Source: Bacillota bacterium (GTDB lineage: Bacteria > Bacillota_I > Bacilli_A > MOL361 > Turicibacteraceae). From it: a stretch of DNA of 48,234 bases. Under the pieces are notes generated by a model. It was given only the letters and a program-made list of their open reading frames with translations, made no database searches and was not told the DNA's origin. The stretch covers positions 3,012-51,245 of the forward strand of contig DNGE01000115.1 in assembly GCA_003486705.1 (NCBI GenBank), given 5' to 3'. Position numbers and translations under genes: made by a program. Of the stretch, positions 9,253 through 17,736 are shown one piece after another. The first letter of the stretch is position 1, and every line of letters begins with the position of its first letter.

Positions 9253-10398
9253 ATGATTTATTTAGATAACACTGCAACAACTCCCGTTAATCCAGAAGTT
9301 TTAGATGCCTTTGTTAAAGTGAATCAAAATTATTGGGGTAACCCAAGTTCATTGCATGCATTTGGTGCGAGAGCGGAACAATTATTGATCCAAGCAGAAA
9401 AACAAGTGCTATCTTTATTAAATGCAACGCAACATAAAGTGATTTTTACTTCAGGAGCAACAGAGAGTAATAACTTAGCTATTAGAGGGATTGCCCGTGC
9501 TTATCAATCACGTGGGCGTCATATTATCAGTACTGGGGTTGAGCATGATTCTGTTTATGAGACACTTTTAGAACTTGAAAAAGACGGATTTCGAGTAACG
9601 TTTATTAATGTCTCAGGAAATGATTCAGATATAATAGATCAAATCAAAAAAGCTATTTGTGAAGATACTATTCTTATTACAATGATGCACGTAAATAACG
9701 AAATGGGACGTGTTTTTCCAATTTATGAAGTGGGTCAATTAATTAAACGTTATCCTAAAATTAAATTTCATGTGGATGCGGTACAAGGTATTGGAAAAAT
9801 ACCACTTAACATGGATGCCATGAATATTGATATGTTATCGTTATCAGCGCATAAAATACATGGGATTAAAGGAAGCGGGGCCTTGATCGTTAACCAATAC
9901 TTAAAAATCATGCCTGAAATTACGGGTGGACATCAAATGTATGGGTTACGTTCGGGGACAATTAATGTTGCTGGTGCCGTCGCATTAGCAAAAGCAATGC
10001 GCTTAATTATTGAACCAGTGGATCAAAATTATGAAAAGACAAAAAAGTTATTTGATTACGCAATTTCCCAGTTGAGTCAGATTGATGGTGTCGTAATAAA
10101 TAGTTGTTTTGAAACCCAAAGTCCATACATTATTAATATGGCGATTACACATATTAAGGGTGAAACTCTTGTTCATGCTTTAGAAGAATACGAGATATAT
10201 ATTTCAGCAAAGTCAGCTTGTTCATCGAAATCGGCGACTGTATCAAGAATCTTATTGGCGCTTGGCATCAAAGAAAATATTGCACTTGATAGTGTGCGCA
10301 TTAGCTTAAGCGAAGCCACAACATTAGACGATATAAACGAATTAATTAACGCACTAAGAAAAATAGCCGTTCAAATGAGGAAGGAAATGAAAAAATGA
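9253..10398 (+). CDS. iscS: Cysteine desulfurase (IscS/NifZ type, ThiI partner)
   Basis: MIYLDNTATT, GNPSSLH, FTSGATESNN, HVDAVQ, SAHKIHG and SACSS motifs. Confidence 0.92.
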   Translation: MIYLDNTATTPVNPEVLDAFVKVNQNYWGNPSSLHAFGARAEQLLIQAEKQVLSLLNATQHKVIFTSGATESNNLAIRGIARAYQSRGRHIISTGVEHDSVYETLLELEKDGFRVTFINVSGNDSDIIDQIKKAICEDTILITMMHVNNEMGRVFPIYEVGQLIKRYPKIKFHVDAVQGIGKIPLNMDAMNIDMLSLSAHKIHGIKGSGALIVNQYLKIMPEITGGHQMYGLRSGTINVAGAVALAKAMRLIIEPVDQNYEKTKKLFDYAISQLSQIDGVVINSCFETQSPYIINMAITHIKGETLVHALEEYEIYISAKSACSSKSATVSRILLALGIKENIALDSVRISLSEATTLDDINELINALRKIAVQMRKEMKK

Positions 10399-11624
10399 TT
10401 TATGACCGTATATTAGTCCGTTATGGAGAATTATCAATTAAAGGTAAAAACCGAAAATACTTTATCGATGCACTACAAAAAAATATTAGACGTAAACTAA
10501 AACCACTAGAAAATGTAAAATACGAAGTGACACGTGATCGTTTCTATATTATTTTAAATGGAACAGATCCTAAACTTGTTACAGATGAATTAGATAAAGT
10601 ATTTGGGATGCAATCTTATAGCTTAGCAGCTCGTTGTGAAAATGACATTGAGGAAATGAAAAAATTAGCATTAGACATTATCAATGAACAACCTATTGTT
10701 CCGACAACGTTTAAAGTAGATACAAAACGTGCGAACAAACAATTCCCAATGCAGTCACATGATATTACAAAAGCAGTAGGTGCTCATTTACTAATTAATA
10801 CAGAGCATTTAAAAGTTGATGTTCATAAGCCTCAGCTAAAAGTCTTTGTAGAAGTTCGCCGTGAAGGTACTTATATTATGGCCGAGCATATTAAAGGATT
10901 AGGTGGATTCCCTGTTGGAATCAGTGGAAAAGGATTATTAATGATTTCAGGAGGAATTGATAGTCCAGTTGCAGGATACCTTATGCAAAAAAGAGGGGTA
11001 GAAATCGAAGCTATTCACTTTGCTTCTCCACCTTATACGTCTGTTCGTTCAAAACAAAAGGTACTAGACTTAATGGAGAAATTAGCTCACTATGCACCTT
11101 ATGGAAAAGTTAAAGTTCATGTGATTCCATTTACAGAACTTCAATCAGCTATTTATGAAAATATTCCAAATAGCTATACAATGACGGTGATGCGTCGTAT
11201 GATGTACCGAATTGCAGAAGGGGTAGCTGCTAAACGCAATACCTTAATTTTAGGAAATGGTGAAAGTTTAGGTCAAGTTGCCTCTCAAACATTGGCTTCA
11301 ATGTATGCCATTAATGCGGTAACTAATATGCCAATTATTCGTCCAGTAGCTACTTTAGATAAAAATGAAATTATTGAGATTGCTAAAAAAATTGATACAT
11401 ATGAAATTTCAATTCGTCCATATGAAGACTGTTGTACGGTATTTGTTCCTGAAAACCCAGCAACAAATCCTTCATTAGAAAAATGTGTTGAATATGAACA
11501 GAATTTTGATTTTGCTCCATTCGTACAAAAATGTATCGATGAGTCTGAATTAATAACTGTTCGCGCAGGTGAGATTATTGAATTAGAAAATAATGCCGCT
11601 TGTGCAATCAATGATTTATTCTAA
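10395..11624 (+). CDS. thiI: tRNA 4-thiouridine synthase ThiI
   Basis: RYGELSIKGKNR, THUMP domain, SGGIDSPVA PP-loop, GESLGQVASQT, EDCC. ATGA overlap with iscS. Confidence 0.96.
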   Translation: MIYDRILVRYGELSIKGKNRKYFIDALQKNIRRKLKPLENVKYEVTRDRFYIILNGTDPKLVTDELDKVFGMQSYSLAARCENDIEEMKKLALDIINEQPIVPTTFKVDTKRANKQFPMQSHDITKAVGAHLLINTEHLKVDVHKPQLKVFVEVRREGTYIMAEHIKGLGGFPVGISGKGLLMISGGIDSPVAGYLMQKRGVEIEAIHFASPPYTSVRSKQKVLDLMEKLAHYAPYGKVKVHVIPFTELQSAIYENIPNSYTMTVMRRMMYRIAEGVAAKRNTLILGNGESLGQVASQTLASMYAINAVTNMPIIRPVATLDKNEIIEIAKKIDTYEISIRPYEDCCTVFVPENPATNPSLEKCVEYEQNFDFAPFVQKCIDESELITVRAGEIIELENNAACAINDLF

Positions 11625-11637
11625 TATATATAAAATA

Positions 11638-11681
11638 AACGCATGGTTAAACCACAGAATTGTGGTTAATCATGCGTTTTT
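11638..11681 (+). terminator. thiI terminator
   Basis: aacgcatggttaa..ccaca / tgtggttaatcatgcgtt plus T-tract. Confidence 0.75.
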
Positions 11682-11878
11682 CTTATTTTATAAGTAGAAA
11701 ATATGATGAAAGTTGAAAAAGGCTAAGAATTATTATGTACAAATATATTAAAGTTTATGTATATAAAGATAATTTAAGTTCCAATTATGATATAAGAAGA
11801 ATAGAAATTGAGTTTGGAAAGGGTTTTACAGTCTGTTTTTATGGTAAAAATAGAGTTTTAAAGGTAAAAATAGCATGT

Positions 11879-11971
11879 TTGTGAAATTATATACGCTTTC
11901 ATAGCATTTTCATTAGACAAAAAATTCACAATGTAATATAATAACAGTGTAGAAAGTGAATGAATTCACAA
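11879..11971 (+). promoter_or_regulatory. Probable Rex operator(s) upstream of adhE
   Basis: AAGTGAATGAATTCACAA (11954-11971) resembles Rex TTGTGAAnnnnTTCACAA. Extra half sites: TTGTGAA at 11879 and TTCACAA ending at 11931. Confidence 0.65.
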
Positions 11972-11989
11972 CCTTGAGGAGGAGTCGCA

Positions 11990-14587
11990 ATGACAAACAA
12001 AATTACAACAGTTGAAGAATTAATGTTAACACTAGAAACTGTTCGCGAAGCTCAAAAACAATTCGCAAAGTTTACACAAGAACAAGTAGATGAATTATTC
12101 TTTAAAGCAGCTACTGCAATTAATAACTTACGTATCCCATTAGCCCAAATGGCGGTTGAAGAAACTGGGATGGGGGTTGTAGAAGATAAAGTTATTAAAA
12201 ACCACTATGCTTCAGAATATATCTATAATAAATATCGTGAAGAAAAAACTTGCGGTGTAATCGCTGAAGATTTATCAGCTGGTGTACAAAAAATTGCTGA
12301 ACCAGTAGGAGTTATTGCGGCAGTTGTACCAACGACTAACCCAACATCAACAGCTTGTTTCAAAGCTTTAATGGCTATTAAAACTCGTAATGCAATCGTA
12401 TTCGCACCACATCCTCGTGCAAAAGGATGTACAAACTATACAGCTCAAGTTATTCGTCAAGTAATTGAAGAAGCTGGAGCACCAAAAGGATTAATCGCAT
12501 GGATTGATCAACCAAGCTTAGAATTAACAAACACATTAATGCGTGAAGCTGATTTAATCTTAGCAACAGGTGGACCAGCAATGGTTAAATCTGCTTACTC
12601 ATCAGGGACACCAGCAATCGGTGTAGGGGCAGGAAATACGCCAATCGTATTCCACAAAACTTGTCATGTACCAATGGCAGTTAACTCATTATTAACTTCA
12701 AAAACATTCGATAACGGTGTTATCTGTGCTTCTGAACAATCAATCATCGTTGATGAGTCAATCTACGGTGCTGTTAAATCAGAGTTAACAAAACGTGGCG
12801 CATTAATTTTAAATAAAAAGCAATTAGATATGGTTCGTGAAACAATCATTGTTGACGGACACTTAAATGCAAAAATTGTAGGTCAGTCAGCACAAAAAAT
12901 TGCTGAATTAGCAGGATTTGAAGTGCCAGCGAACACGAAAGTATTAGTTGGTGAAGTAACAGATACAACACTTGCTGAGCCTTTCGCACATGAAAAATTA
13001 TCAGTTGTATTAGCAATGTACAAATCATCTAACCATGAAGAAGCGGTTCAAATGGCTGAAACATTAGTTAACCACAGTGGTTTAGGTCATACATCAGGAA
13101 TCTATGCTGATGAGTTACGCGCAGAAGCTGATATCAATATGATGGCTGCTCGCATCAAAACAACAACATTCTTAATTAACCAACCAGCTGCACACGGAGC
13201 AATCGGGGATTTATTCAACTTCGCTGTGGCACCATCATTAACATTAGGATGCGGTTCTTGGGGGAATAACTCAGTATCTGAAAACGTTGGTCCAAAACAC
13301 TTAATTAATATTAAGACTGTTTCAAAAAGGAGAGAAAATATGCTTTGGTTTAAAGTTCCAGCTAAAGTTTACTACAAATTCGGATGCTTACCAGTAGCAT
13401 TAACTGATTTACAAATGGAAGGTAAAAAACGCGCCTTCATCGTAACAGATAAAGTATTATTCGATTTAGGATACACTAAACATGTTACAAATGAATTAGA
13501 TAAATACGGAATTCAATATACAATTTTCACAGATGTTAATCCAGATCCAATGTTATCAGATGCTAAAAAAGGTGCAGAAGCAATGCGCAACTTCCAACCT
13601 GATACAATCATCGCATTAGGTGGAGGATCTGCAATGGATGCTGCTAAGATTATGTGGGTATTATATGAGCACCCAGAAACAAACTTCCAAGACTTAGCAA
13701 TGCGTTTCATGGACGTTCGTAAACGTATCTACCGCTTCCCAACAATGGGTAAAAAAGCAAGCTTAGTATGTATCGCAACTTCAGCAGGTACTGGTTCAGA
13801 GGTAACACCATTCGCGGTAATTACTGATGATGAAACAGGAATTAAATACCCATTAGCTGACTATGAATTAACACCAAACATGGCAATTGTTGACCCAGTG
13901 TTAATGTTATCAATGCCTCGTGGATTATGTGCTGCTTCAGGTATTGACGTATTAACTCACTCATTAGAGTCATTAGTTTCTACTGTTGCAACTGAATACA
14001 CAATTCCATTATCATTAGAAGCAACTAAGTTAGTATTCGATTACTTACCAGAATCTTACCATGGTGGAGCTGAAGCAAAAGTAGCAAAAGAAAAAATGGC
14101 AAATGCTTCATGTATGGCAGGTATGGCATTCTCTAATGCAATGTTAGGATTATGTCACTCAATGGCTCATAAATTAGGTGCTCGTTTCCACATTCCTCAC
14201 GGAACTGCAAATGCATTATTAATGAACGAAATCATTAAATACAATGCAACTGATGCTCCATTCAAAATGGGAACATTCGCTCAATACGAAACACCACAAG
14301 CAATCGCTCGTTATGCACAAGCTGCTGACTACTTAGGATTAGGTGGAAAAACGAACGAAGAAAAAGTTCAATTATTATTAAAGAAAATTGATGCATTAAA
14401 AGCAGACATCAATATTCCAGCAAGCATTAAAGATGCTGGTGTAAATGAAGAAGAATTCTTAGCAGCAGTTGATGCTTTAGCTGTTGAAGCGTTTGACGAT
14501 CAATGTACAGGAGCTAACCCACGCTACCCATTAATCGCAGACATTAAAGAAATCTATTTAGCTGCATTCTACGGAGAAACTAAATAA
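11990..14587 (+). CDS. adhE: Bifunctional acetaldehyde-CoA/alcohol dehydrogenase
   Basis: ALDH domain (PTTNPTST, ATGG, GVICASEQ), RRENMLWF linker, Fe-ADH domain (GGGSAMDAAK, GTGSEVT, HSMAHKLG); 865 aa. Confidence 0.97.
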   Translation: MTNKITTVEELMLTLETVREAQKQFAKFTQEQVDELFFKAATAINNLRIPLAQMAVEETGMGVVEDKVIKNHYASEYIYNKYREEKTCGVIAEDLSAGVQKIAEPVGVIAAVVPTTNPTSTACFKALMAIKTRNAIVFAPHPRAKGCTNYTAQVIRQVIEEAGAPKGLIAWIDQPSLELTNTLMREADLILATGGPAMVKSAYSSGTPAIGVGAGNTPIVFHKTCHVPMAVNSLLTSKTFDNGVICASEQSIIVDESIYGAVKSELTKRGALILNKKQLDMVRETIIVDGHLNAKIVGQSAQKIAELAGFEVPANTKVLVGEVTDTTLAEPFAHEKLSVVLAMYKSSNHEEAVQMAETLVNHSGLGHTSGIYADELRAEADINMMAARIKTTTFLINQPAAHGAIGDLFNFAVAPSLTLGCGSWGNNSVSENVGPKHLINIKTVSKRRENMLWFKVPAKVYYKFGCLPVALTDLQMEGKKRAFIVTDKVLFDLGYTKHVTNELDKYGIQYTIFTDVNPDPMLSDAKKGAEAMRNFQPDTIIALGGGSAMDAAKIMWVLYEHPETNFQDLAMRFMDVRKRIYRFPTMGKKASLVCIATSAGTGSEVTPFAVITDDETGIKYPLADYELTPNMAIVDPVLMLSMPRGLCAASGIDVLTHSLESLVSTVATEYTIPLSLEATKLVFDYLPESYHGGAEAKVAKEKMANASCMAGMAFSNAMLGLCHSMAHKLGARFHIPHGTANALLMNEIIKYNATDAPFKMGTFAQYETPQAIARYAQAADYLGLGGKTNEEKVQLLLKKIDALKADINIPASIKDAGVNEEEFLAAVDALAVEAFDDQCTGANPRYPLIADIKEIYLAAFYGETK

Positions 14588-14601
14588 TTAGTGATTCCTT
14601 T

Positions 14602-14631
14602 ACTCCCTATCGCGTGATAGGGAGTTTTTTT
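14602..14631 (+). terminator. adhE terminator
   Basis: actccctatc-gcgt-gatagggagt plus T-tract. Confidence 0.85.
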
Positions 14632-14763
14632 ATTGATTTTTTTATTAGTAACGTATTAAATATCTTGAAAAAATGTATAAAATACGCCTTGTAAAAAAAG
14701 TTTAATCATATAAATTTAAGTAACAACAGAACATATAACAGAGCGTTTTGATATGAAAAATAT

Positions 14764-14810
14764 AAAAAGCCAGTTGTAACAATAAGTTTATTGTCACAAC
14801 TAGCTTTTTT
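14764..14810 (-). terminator. Terminator of the minus-strand ssp/minigene transcript
   Basis: Minus strand reads gctagttgtgacaataa-ac-ttattgttacaactggc-TTTTT, fully paired with two G-U pairs. Those positions are C-A mismatches on the plus strand. Confidence 0.8.
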
Positions 14811-14839
14811 CATATTATTCAATTGTTATGTAGTCAAAC

Positions 14840-14857
14840 TTAATGTGGCGGATTCAT
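14840..14857 (-). CDS. Minigene 4: MNPPH*
   Basis: Minus strand AAGGAG ttttaagg ATG AAT CCG CCA CAT TAA. Confidence 0.5.
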   Translation of the reverse strand: MNPPH

Positions 14858-14859
14858 CC

Positions 14860-14940
14860 TTAAAACTCCTTTTCTACTTTATTAATTAGAAATAAAAGTT
14901 CAATGGTTGATACCTCTTTTATGTTTTGCGGAATGGACAT
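14860..14940 (-). CDS. Minigene 3: MSIPQNIKEVSTIELLFLINKVEKEF* (26 aa; divergent member of the array)
   Basis: Minus strand GGGAGGT aattaag ATG TCC ATT CCG CAA. The stop lies between the SD and ATG of minigene 4. Confidence 0.45.
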   Translation of the reverse strand: MSIPQNIKEVSTIELLFLINKVEKEF

Positions 14941-14988
14941 CTTAATTACCTCCCACAGAGTTAGAAAATAGTTGTTAATAACGACTAC

Positions 14989-15012
14989 CTAACATGGCGG
15001 ATTAGTATTCAT
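14989..15012 (-). CDS. Minigene 2: MNTNPPC*
   Basis: Minus strand GAGGA ttgattaat ATG AAT ACT AAT CCG CCA TGT TAG. Confidence 0.5.
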   Translation of the reverse strand: MNTNPPC

Positions 15013-15061
15013 ATTAATCAATCCTCACATTCATAAATTATATTCCTGTGATATGATTCCG

Positions 15062-15088
15062 TTAACATATTGGTGGATTCGCTAGCAT
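15062..15088 (-). CDS. Minigene 1: MLANPPIC*
   Basis: Minus strand GAAGGGA tatac ATG CTA GCG AAT CCA CCA ATA TGT TAA. Confidence 0.45.
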   Translation of the reverse strand: MLANPPIC

Positions 15089-15193
15089 GTATATCCCTTC
15101 CAGTCATTTGTAGCAAGATTTTGATACATTTAACTAAAGTGAACGATGTAAGTGATTCTACCTAGAACATTAATTGACTTAGATGATGAAGCA

Positions 15194-15397
15194 TTATTTT
15201 GATTGAGATTGTCCCATGCTTTGTTGAGCTTGAGCTACTAAACGTTTAGTAATCTCACCACCTACAGATCCATTTTGACGAGCAGTAGCATCTGGTCCTA
15301 AATGAACACCGTATTCAGCTGCAATTTCAGCTTTCATATTATCGATTGCTGCTTGAGCTGCTGGAACAACTAATTTATTGTTTTGATCAGCTGGCAT
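15194..15397 (-). CDS. alpha/beta-type small acid-soluble spore protein
   Basis: NKLVVP...[11 protein letters not shown]...[23 protein letters not shown] precedes ATG 15397; the track's GTG start lies inside the SD. Confidence 0.93.
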   Translation of the reverse strand: MPADQNNKLVVPAAQAAIDNMKAEIAAEYGVHLGPDATARQNGSVGGEITKRLVAQAQQSMGQSQSK

Positions 15398-15495
15398 TGT
15401 ATTCACCTCCTCTTGATATTAGAATATCCATAATCGACAAATACATACAAAGATTTAAATGGTAATTTTAGTAAATGCCTTTACGGTCGGAATCA

Positions 15496-15699
15496 TTATT
15501 TCTCATTGATTTGAGCTGATCCCATTTTTTCTTGTGCATAACGCACTAAGCGTTTTGTCATTTCTCCACCGACTGAACCATTCAGACGTGAAGACGTGTC
15601 TGGGCCTAAATTAACACCAAATTCTTTAGCAATTTCGTATTTCATTTGATCAAGAGCTTCTTGTGCGCCTGGAACGATTAATTTATTTCGTCGTGACAT
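15496..15699 (-). CDS. alpha/beta-type small acid-soluble spore protein
   Basis: [37 protein letters not shown]. Confidence 0.95.
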   Translation of the reverse strand: MSRRNKLIVPGAQEALDQMKYEIAKEFGVNLGPDTSSRLNGSVGGEMTKRLVRYAQEKMGSAQINEK

Positions 15700-15806
15700 A
15701 TAAAAACCTCCTAAGAAATCCGTTATTGTGACTGATGCCTCGTTTATTCCACAGGTTGTTTTACATCATATGATGTAAGACAGAAAGTAAATTTAATCAT
15801 GAGCCT

Positions 15807-16004
15807 TTAGCTTTGGTTAGATCCGTTTAATTGCGCTTTAGCTTGAGCAATAAGGCGTTTAGTTACCTCACCGCCAACTTTTCCGTTTTCAATCGCTGAA
15901 GCACGAGGTCCAAAATTAACACCTAATTCATTTGCAATTTCGTATTTCATTTGGTCAACAGCTTCTTGAGCACCTGGAACTACAAGTTTATTACGGCTTG
16001 CCAT
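15807..16004 (-). CDS. alpha/beta-type small acid-soluble spore protein
   Basis: MASRNKLVVPGA...MKYEIANELGV...NGKVGGEVTKRLI. SD AGGAGGTG before ATG 16004. Confidence 0.93.
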   Translation of the reverse strand: MASRNKLVVPGAQEAVDQMKYEIANELGVNFGPRASAIENGKVGGEVTKRLIAQAKAQLNGSNQS

Positions 16005-16336
16005 GGTCATCACCTCCTGACAATGATAGCTTGTGTTATTTCGACAAAATAATACATCCAATTATAAAAAAATTATAAAAATGAAGATGGAAACGAAAGG
16101 TTAAATTGAAACTGAATCATTAGATAAATGGAAGTTATCGAACTAAATATATTTAACTTTATTAATATTTGATATAATAGTTAATAAGATAAAAAAAGAT
16201 GCCAAGATTAGTCTGGCATTAAAACAATAACTATTAAAAATGTCAGGAAAAGATAATAAATCAGTTAAAGTGTTTGAAGTTTCTAGCAAAAATAGTTTTA
16301 AATATGGCACCATGATGGAGATAAAGGAGTAAAAAT

Positions 16337-17080
16337 ATGTTAATTGAATCAAATCAAAATGCTAAATACAAACGTTGGATGAAGTTAAAACAAAAAAAAT
16401 ATCGTACACAATTAAATCAATTTATTGTAGAAGGAGAGCACTTAGTAGAAGAAGCAATTTTAGCTAATGCTGTCTGTGAGGTTATTATTAAAGATGGAAA
16501 TCAAGATAAGTTCCAACAACTGACTCAACCGTTTGAAACCTATTATTTAAAGGATAACTTATTTAATGCAATAGCCTCAACAGAAGCACCACAACCTATC
16601 ATGGCAATTTGCCACATTCGTGAACAGTCTTTAACGAATAAGAGTAGATTGTTATTACTTGATCGTGTACAAGATCCAGGGAACTTAGGAACCTTAATTA
16701 GAAGTGCTGTGGCCTTTAATTTTAATGGGGTTATCTTAAGTGAGGGGTGTGTTGATTTGTATAACGAAAAAGTCATCCGATCAACACAAGGTGCTATTTT
16801 TAAGTTACCAATCGAAATTAAGTCTTTAGAAAATGAAGTGAAAAATCTGATGGCAGAAGGCATTTCGGTATACGGAACAAGTCTACAAAATGGATATCCA
16901 CTACAAGAAATTCCATCTGGAGAAAAGATGGCATTTATTTTAGGAAATGAAGGAAGCGGTGTTTCACAAGCACTTCTTGAGCAAACAAAGCAAAATATTT
17001 TCGTTGAAATGAGTAAAAATATCGAATCATTAAATGTTTCAATCGCAGGAAGTATTATAATGCACCATTTTCGTCAATAA
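16337..17080 (+). CDS. TrmH/SpoU family RNA 2'-O-methyltransferase (YsgA-like)
   Basis: LDRVQDPGNLGTLIRSA, ILGNEGSGVS and ESLNVSIA SPOUT motifs. Confidence 0.9.
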   Translation: MLIESNQNAKYKRWMKLKQKKYRTQLNQFIVEGEHLVEEAILANAVCEVIIKDGNQDKFQQLTQPFETYYLKDNLFNAIASTEAPQPIMAICHIREQSLTNKSRLLLLDRVQDPGNLGTLIRSAVAFNFNGVILSEGCVDLYNEKVIRSTQGAIFKLPIEIKSLENEVKNLMAEGISVYGTSLQNGYPLQEIPSGEKMAFILGNEGSGVSQALLEQTKQNIFVEMSKNIESLNVSIAGSIIMHHFRQ

Positions 17081-17138
17081 TAAATGCAGTAGACCTACAT
17101 GCTAGTCAAAGAACTAACACAATTCTTCGGGTTTTTAC

Positions 17139-17214
17139 TTTACTCGATTATTTAGTTGTGTTAAAATATATATACATAGTATGACGTGCGAGAGTGGGAT
17201 ATCCCACTCTTTTG
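17139..17214 (+). promoter_or_regulatory. rimP-nusA operon promoter and leader hairpin
   Basis: TTTACT, 17 bp, TAAAAT (17162-17167). Perfect palindrome agagtgggatatcccactct (17191-17210) followed by TTT. Confidence 0.65.
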
Positions 17215-17253
17215 TATTATGGTCACAATGTTTTTGAAAGAGGTGATGTCCTT

Positions 17254-17721
17254 ATGTCAAATATAGTAGAACAAACTGAAAGCATAGTTTTACCTATCTG
17301 TGAAAACAATAAGGTAGAGTTAGTTGATGTTGAGTACGTCAAAGAAGGTCAAGCATTTTTCTTACGTGTCTATGTTGATACGCCAGAAGGAATTGATATT
17401 GATCAATGTGCTGATGTGGCAGAAGAATTAAGTTTAAAATTAGATGAACTTGATTATATTTCAGATGAATACATACTAGAAGTATCTTCACCAGGTGCTG
17501 AGCGTCCATTGAAAACGAAAGACGCGATATTGCAATCAATTGGTAGCTATGTAAATGTTAGAACATATCAAGCTATTGAAGGTAAAAAAGAATATGAAGG
17601 ATATTTAACTAGTTTTAATGACGATATAATTACAGTAGAAATTATGATTAAGACTCGTAAGAAATCAGTTGAAATACCTTACGATAAAGTTGCAAAAATT
17701 AGACTTGCAATTAAATTTTAA
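17254..17721 (+). CDS. rimP: Ribosome maturation factor RimP
   Basis: ELVDVEYVKEG...LRVYVD...LEVSSPGAERPL. SD GAGGTG before ATG 17254. Confidence 0.95.
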   Translation: MSNIVEQTESIVLPICENNKVELVDVEYVKEGQAFFLRVYVDTPEGIDIDQCADVAEELSLKLDELDYISDEYILEVSSPGAERPLKTKDAILQSIGSYVNVRTYQAIEGKKEYEGYLTSFNDDIITVEIMIKTRKKSVEIPYDKVAKIRLAIKF

Positions 17722-17736
17722 GGAGGATTTATAAGG

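Noticed and set aside
14640..14760. Plus-strand sRNA between the adhE terminator and the 14764-14810 hairpin
   Set aside because: No convincing -35/-10 pair, and the hairpin's mismatches favour minus-strand use.
16143..16352. 69-aa hydrophobic minus-strand ORF
   Set aside because: AT-rich intergenic sequence overlapping the methyltransferase start, with no SD; likely spurious.
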